A stretch of DNA of 64,000 bases, taken from positions 31,744,001 to 31,808,000 of the forward strand of contig OZ076418.1 of NCBI GenBank assembly GCA_964187785.1, in the 5' to 3' direction. Within the stretch, counting starts at the first letter, position 1, and the number at the start of each line of letters is the position of its first letter. Shown here in pieces: positions 58,431-64,000 of the stretch. This stretch comes from Amphiscolops sp. MND2022. Its lineage: Eukaryota. Position numbers and translations under genes: made by a program. The notes beneath the pieces were generated by a model, which did not search any database, had not been told where the DNA came from, and saw nothing but the letters and a program-made list of their open reading frames with translations.

Positions 58431-61104
58431 TGGCACCGAACTGACATTTAGCCATTGTCAGACGCAGCCCTGCTTCCCTAATGCACTGGAAGACCTCACG
58501 CAGGTTGTTCTTCAGCTCCTCGGCGGTATGGGTAGCTATCCCGATGTCGTCAACGTACTGGGCACACTTGTCAGCTTTTATGACTCGATCGAGGTACTCC
58601 CGCATATAGCTCGAGAAGGAAGAGAGGGATCTGTTGAGCCCTTGTGCGAGTCGCAGGTAGGCGATTGTCCGACTGGCAAAGTTGAACGCCAGGAGTTCCA
58701 CTGATTTCTGGTCCGCCATTTGCAGGACATGGTAGGCTTGCGAGCAGTCAAGCTTGCAGAACAGTTTCTTTCCAGCTAGGTGCTGCGCAGCGTCGGAGAG
58801 GGTGCTCACTGGATGGTTGTTATTTATATAGTCGTCGGAGATGAAGTTATTGATCTTTTTCAGGTCAACAAGAAGGCGAAGACGTCCGTTAGGTTTTCTT
58901 TGCGCAAAAATTGGGCTTGCGTACTTGCTGAAGGGGAGTGTCGTAACGATGTCGTAATAGTGCATCAGTGCTAACTCAACCGTTAAATGCTCTTTCAGAT
59001 TGACTGGGCATGGTAAACTTTGTCTGTACGCAGGTTGTTCTGATTTGGGGGTGAGTTTTATTTTGAAGTCATTGTTAATTCCAATGTCAAGGTGATGCCT
59101 TGCAAAGATGTCGTTGTATTCGACGAGGATCTCTTCTATGTCTCTCTTATCTTCGTCGCTAAGTTGAGAGTCAGTCCATTTGAAGTTGGCTAAGATTGTG
59201 GCTCTATCTTCGGGGCTGTTGTGTGGGTTGAGTTTCTGAATGTTTTCCAGTTCTTCTATCTCTCTGAGGATTCTGCTTTGGATAGGAGTGTGTTTTGATG
59301 GGTCTCCTGGATTATCTGGTGTAGGGAACCAGAAGTTCTGTGTTGTTTGGGGTTTTTCAGACGATTTCAGGAGTTCATTGACGTATTCGAGAGCCTGTTT
59401 TGTATTGTCTTCTGCTAAGACCTTGAGGGCTGCCGAATTGAGTGGATGAAGTTGTTTAGCTTCCTGGGGTGACAGTATAGTGAATTCTGCGACGTTTGCG
59501 TTCCTTTTGAGGGTGAAAGGGTTCGGTGATGTGTTGGTGACCCGTATTTCAATTTTTGAGTTCGAGACCGTGGATAGAGAGCTGGCCACTACTAGTTGGT
59601 GTTCTCCTGAGTATTGTTCGGTGGGGTGGACAATTCCTGTGGTGTTTGTTATGGTACGCAGGTTAATGCCAGCTTCAATTGTTATGCATTGGTCGGGCAT
59701 GATGGTGAGTTGGTTTTTGATGGTCACCTTGTGGTGTCTTGACACTGTTTCGTTGTCCTCTGCAGCGATTGCGTAGGTCAGGTGTGGGAAATGCAGCAGG
59801 GCTTGACTTACGTCTAGGATAGCGCTGTTGTTTTTCAGGAATGTTCGCCCAAGGATAGGACCTGTCATCTTTGTAGCTACAATGAACGTCTCTTTAAACG
59901 TCCAATCTCCTAATTCGAATTGGAGTTGGACGGCTTTCGTTGGCGTTTCTATGTCGCCGTTTGCGACCTGTAGCTTGAAGGCGGGTGGGTCCATTTCTTT
60001 GAGTATGTTGTCTGGGCTGACTGATTTGATCTTCTGGTATTCATTTTCTGGTAGGCAGTTGACGAGTGCCCCCGAATCAACTAGTGCGTCTACTGATAGA
60101 TTGTTAAAATCCATTGGGGCGAAAAGCATCTTCCGCTTCTTTTTTAGGTTGATGGCTGAGAAAATTGGTACGCATTTCTCGCTTGTGTCTGGATCTGTGA
60201 TAACGATTTCGGTCAGTTGTTTGTTGGTGTAGATCCAGTCTTCGTCTTGTTCTGGGATGTGTAGTTCTCTGGTTGGGCTTTGAGTGCCGGTGGGTGATCT
60301 GTCTATCGCTGAGTTAGTTTTTGCCTTTTGGTTGAATTCGCGGGTGAGTGTTCGTCTGACACGGCGGGTTCGAGGTTTTGCTGTTGATGTGGTTGCCTCT
60401 GTGGGGTCCCCTGCTTCTTTGTTGTTGGCTGAGGATTCGTGGGTAGAATATTGGTGTTCAGGGCTCTGTGGACTAGAGGGGGACGACGTCATAGCTGCAC
60501 GTATTTCGTTGGAGGTGGCTGGGAGTTTCTTGGGTGACCTAAAGTCAACCAGTGGTGTTTGGTTATTGTGTTTGAGAATCGACTTTAGGGAAGTCGTTGG
60601 CGGCGTTACGATCACTGTGATTTCTGTGTCGTGTTCTTCTTCAGCCTGTGGTTAGGGAGTATGACTTATGTCGTCTTTCCTTTTTGGAGTTGTTGAGATG
60701 TTCATGTTGGTTTTAGCTACGAAGTCGTGAAATGGTACGTTGATTGACTGTCTGAAGATGAGGTTTTCGGTGTCGTATAGAGTTTCGTTGTAGTATGGGT
60801 CACATTCGAAGTCTGGGTCATAAATGTAAGTTTCGGGTGTGGAGCTGGGAAGTAGTGGTCTACGGGTAGTGTTGTAGTGGGTAGGGTTTTGGGTGTACCA
60901 GTCGGGGTAGGGGAGTTTGTCAAGGGTGTTCTTGTTAAATTTAATGAGACGTCGGATGAGCCATCGTCGCTGCCCGTCGATCGATGGTTCTCCTGAGCAT
61001 TCCATAAACAATTCTTTATCAAAGTCTTTCGGGGGTTCAGAGATGGTGTAATATCTGAAATCGGTGTAGTCCCCGAAGCGAAGATGTGGCTTTAATAGTT
61101 TTTT
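58402..61104 (-). pseudogene. pol: Pol N-terminal part of element 3 (protease and RT), RNase H deleted
   Basis: LVDSGA protease; KLDCSQAYH and YVDD in RT; ends at KCQFGAK then jumps to integrase; in-frame stop at 60652-60654. Confidence 0.9.
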
Positions 61105-61885
61105 GGCTGGGTAGGTTGTTGTATCGCGGCTGGTGGTTGTTGGTTTGCTTGGGGTTGTTGCATAATTTCGGGTGTGGTTGATTGAGGTAGAGGTATGCTG
61201 TTCGAGCCGGTTGGTTTAGGTGTCTTCCACCATGTGGGGCGGTTTGCCCAGTTCGCACCCGAGTAGCAATCCTTGGTTTCGTGGCTTAGTTTACCACAAG
61301 TTTCGCAGGGGTTGGTGTTATTTGTGTTGGGGGTTCTTTGGCTTCGTTTATCTCGGTTCGTCTTCCTACAGTTGCGGAGGAGGTCGCCCTGATGTCCGCA
61401 ACCGAAACATGTACTCGCGGTTTTCGGGGGTTTTTCCTGGTTGGGGTGGTTAGTGGGTTCTACGTTATGTATGCCCGTAAATGTCGTGGATTCTGGATTT
61501 GCCAGTCCGTTGAGTTCCATCTCCCGCTCTAGGTGCTGCACCATTGTCTCGTATGACGCTGTTTCAAGGCGAGCTTGGTTTAGTACTCTTTTAAGGTGGG
61601 CGGGCATCTTTGCGTAAAACGAGGTCTCTATAAACCTGGGCGCGTCGTCCGCGTATGCCTCTTGTGCCAGCTTCTGATAGATTTCTAAGAAATCTTGGAA
61701 GGTTTGTTTCGCCAGATCGAATGTGAGGTTCTCCCACTTGCACCTGGCGGTGGCCACTGATTGTGTTTTTACGTATCGTCTTCTGAACCCGGCAATTATG
61801 TCGGTTATGTTGGTTTTGGTTGTTTCGCTCATATTCCGGAAGGTTTGCAAGGCGTCTCTTCGCAGCAGTGAGTGAAAATAGTGTG
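61092..61885 (-). pseudogene. gag: C-terminal part of element-3 gag (5' part deleted)
   Basis: HYFHSLLRRDALQTF capsid-like helices; knuckles CFGCGHQGDLLRNC and CETCGKLSHETKDC; abuts the truncated 5' LTR. Confidence 0.82.
61098..61104 (-). other. -1 ribosomal frameshift heptamer A AAA AAC between gag and pol
   Basis: CCA AAA AAC TAT TAA in gag frame; the -1 frame continues open into pol. Confidence 0.75.
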
Positions 61886-63478
61886 TCAAATATGGTTAAT
61901 ACCGAATTCGTGAAAAGGTTCACAAGGAAATCCGAGAATAAAATTGAACACAATTTCAAAGAGCGAATAAAAAACGTTTTCAAAATCGGAAACTGAATAT
62001 CTGTCCTTTCCTAATCCCACTTCAGGTATATATACTTTACGCTAGACACGCGGGGAAAACCCCGCGCGTGAATTCACACCTCGTTCAGCTCGGCGTGCCT
62101 TCCAAGACGAGAAAATCCAAATAAGGTAGGCTTCCTCGGGATTCGGCATTCGGCTTCATCCCACTTTCAAGAGAAAGCGGGAATCACTTCCTGCCGCTTC
62201 CCAGTTCCGCGTCCCTTTCTTCTTCATTTCCCGCCTCTTCAAGACGCCGAGCTGAAGTTGGCACTGAAAATTCATGAACCTAGCTACTGAAGCGGGAAAA
62301 GGAACTGATTTTACATCGAAGAAATTGAAACTCTAAATAAAACAAATTGCACTAAATTGGGAAAATGGGATTTCAGGCAAAATTAATCTCATCAACCGAA
62401 CACAAAATGGTCAATTTTATGGAGTAACCCACTGATTAAAATTCTGGTCGTATGCCAGGACGATCTATTAATATGGATTTCCGGGACACACGACCGGATT
62501 TTGAACATCATAATTTAGCGTGGGGGGGTTTAACACAACTTTAATGGCTTCAGTAAATATTATATGCCATTCAATCAATAATTGATCAGAACAAATTGAT
62601 AATTAACACTTATTACAACGTAATTAATCTTTTGCTCATTCTCAACTAAACGGTTGTCCCGGCGGTCGTCCCGGGGTGGTGTATTAACAACACAGTAATA
62701 TTTAAACAAAACCACTGCACAACGAATGAAGTATTGCTTTGGTGGGAGAATCAGGGCAAATTAACTATATTAATTAAGTTACACTTATGATTATTGCACG
62801 TTAATATTGGTTATATTAGGTAGGTTGTCCCGGTGGTTGTCGTATTTTGGAAAGTAGGGTTGGACGGCCAGGCGGTTGACCTGAACAATAAATCAAATAC
62901 TTTCATCGTTTAGATACTTCAATATTTCCATCGGTTATTTATTGGTGGTTAGAGCTTCTTTTAAGTTCTGTGTTCACATTAAAATGGTACAGCATTTATG
63001 TAGTAATATTATTGCTTCGGTTATTTGAAGCGTGCGGCCAGGCGTGCGTCCCAGCACTCGATCGACTGATGAGCCGCCTGGTATTGCTGTTCAGCTAGCG
63101 CGGTGTATTTGCGCTAATCGCTGATTGGTCCGATGAAATTGGAATGATATTATTCTGCTTTAGCTCCGTTGTTATTGTAGCGGTAAATTGATCAGCGTGC
63201 TGGCCGAGTTAATTTCGGTCGGTATGCTGGTCGCTTTACTGTAAACAAATTGCACTGATAGCACTTTAATATTATTTAAGTATTTACATATTTATGTATT
63301 TTAGGTACTGCGCTGAGTTAACAATGTTTGTTGGATGGTTTAAGAGGATTGTTTGTTAATTGTTTCTTTCAGGTTCAGTGATGTTCTTATTCGGTCCTTT
63401 TCTGGGTGATTTCTCCATTCCCTTCCTTCGGCGTTCTCTTTGTATTCAGTATTTCGCTGCTCTCTGAGGGCTGCGACA
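61886..63478 (-). repeat. 5' LTR of element 3, missing its last ~440 bp
   Basis: Matches 51195-52790 with roughly 15-20 differences seen by eye; lacks the equivalent of 50757-51194. Confidence 0.9.
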
Positions 63479-64000
63479 CTTTTCTTAATTAAGCAATTCG
63501 CGACGTCGTTGATCGATATGCACCGGAGCGATTTGTTTCTTCCAAAGGTTTGTCATTGAATGATCGGATGACATGAGGCTCAAAAGTGATATAACAAAAC
63601 TAGATGTTCTGTTCCAGAAAGGATTTATCCATACGAAACAAAAAAATCAGAAAGAACCGAAAATTTGTGTCACGTCTTTGGTATCCAACGCAAAAAGATT
63701 GCGTAATCACTGAAAGTCAGCCTGAACTCTACTGCAAAAAATTATTTCAGAACTCTGAAGACATTTAACAGAAAGTGTTCCGAGGCAGAATATTGAAACA
63801 CTGAATAAACATTCGCGTGATTATCAGATCAAAAGTAGCTGAAGCTCTACACATTTCAGAGTGTATTTGTTTCATGCCGACAATTGGAAAAGCAATGATT
63901 TAGAAAAACAGAGGAAAACTAGCTTTGCAATTCGATGAAGTTCTGAAAGAAAATTTATTGACAGTGACGGTATCAGCATTGCAAATTTAAATATTGTCAA

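Larger units (their letters stand above)
50757..63478 (-). mobile_element. Element 3: Ty3/Gypsy LTR retrotransposon, internally deleted, 12.7 kb, flanked by 5-bp TSD
   Basis: CTTTT at 50752-50756 and 63479-63483; minus-strand termini TGTCGCAG...TCTAACA; near-identical repeats 51195-52790 and 61886-63478; gag/PR/RT/IN on the minus strand. Confidence 0.92.

Noticed and set aside
61884-61889. TGTCAA at 61884 as the true LTR end
   Set aside because: The left LTR lacks it and continues; the CTTTT TSD places the end at 50757, so this is a deletion junction
63484-64000. Further host exon right of element 3
   Set aside because: No convincing splice sites with an interpretable reading frame

Overview
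Eukaryotic, animal-like genomic window (host not identifiable from sequence alone), almost entirely filled by Ty3/Gypsy LTR retrotransposons. Element 1 (+, <1..18280; 5' LTR outside the window) has gag, a 2355-aa pol ending in two predicted TARG1/OARD1-type macrodomains, and a disrupted ~1400-aa third ORF with an SGNH-hydrolase-like domain. Element 2 (+, 19010..43462) is a decayed, diverged relative with the same accessory modules. It sits inside an inverted solo LTR of the element-1 family, and its 3' part was amplified into five ~1.74-kb tandem units plus a 2.9-kb duplication that includes the 3' LTR. Element 3 (-, 50757..63478, 5-bp TSD CTTTT) is a younger, internally deleted element with 2-kb LTRs that are coding at both ends. 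It carries an antisense, intron-containing gene for a zinc finger plus an apparently catalytically dead hAT-transposase fold, which is the most unusual system here. Between elements 2 and 3 lie a 22-bp minisatellite, a probable host RING-finger exon and LINE remnants. All domain calls are by-eye motif matches; no searches were run.
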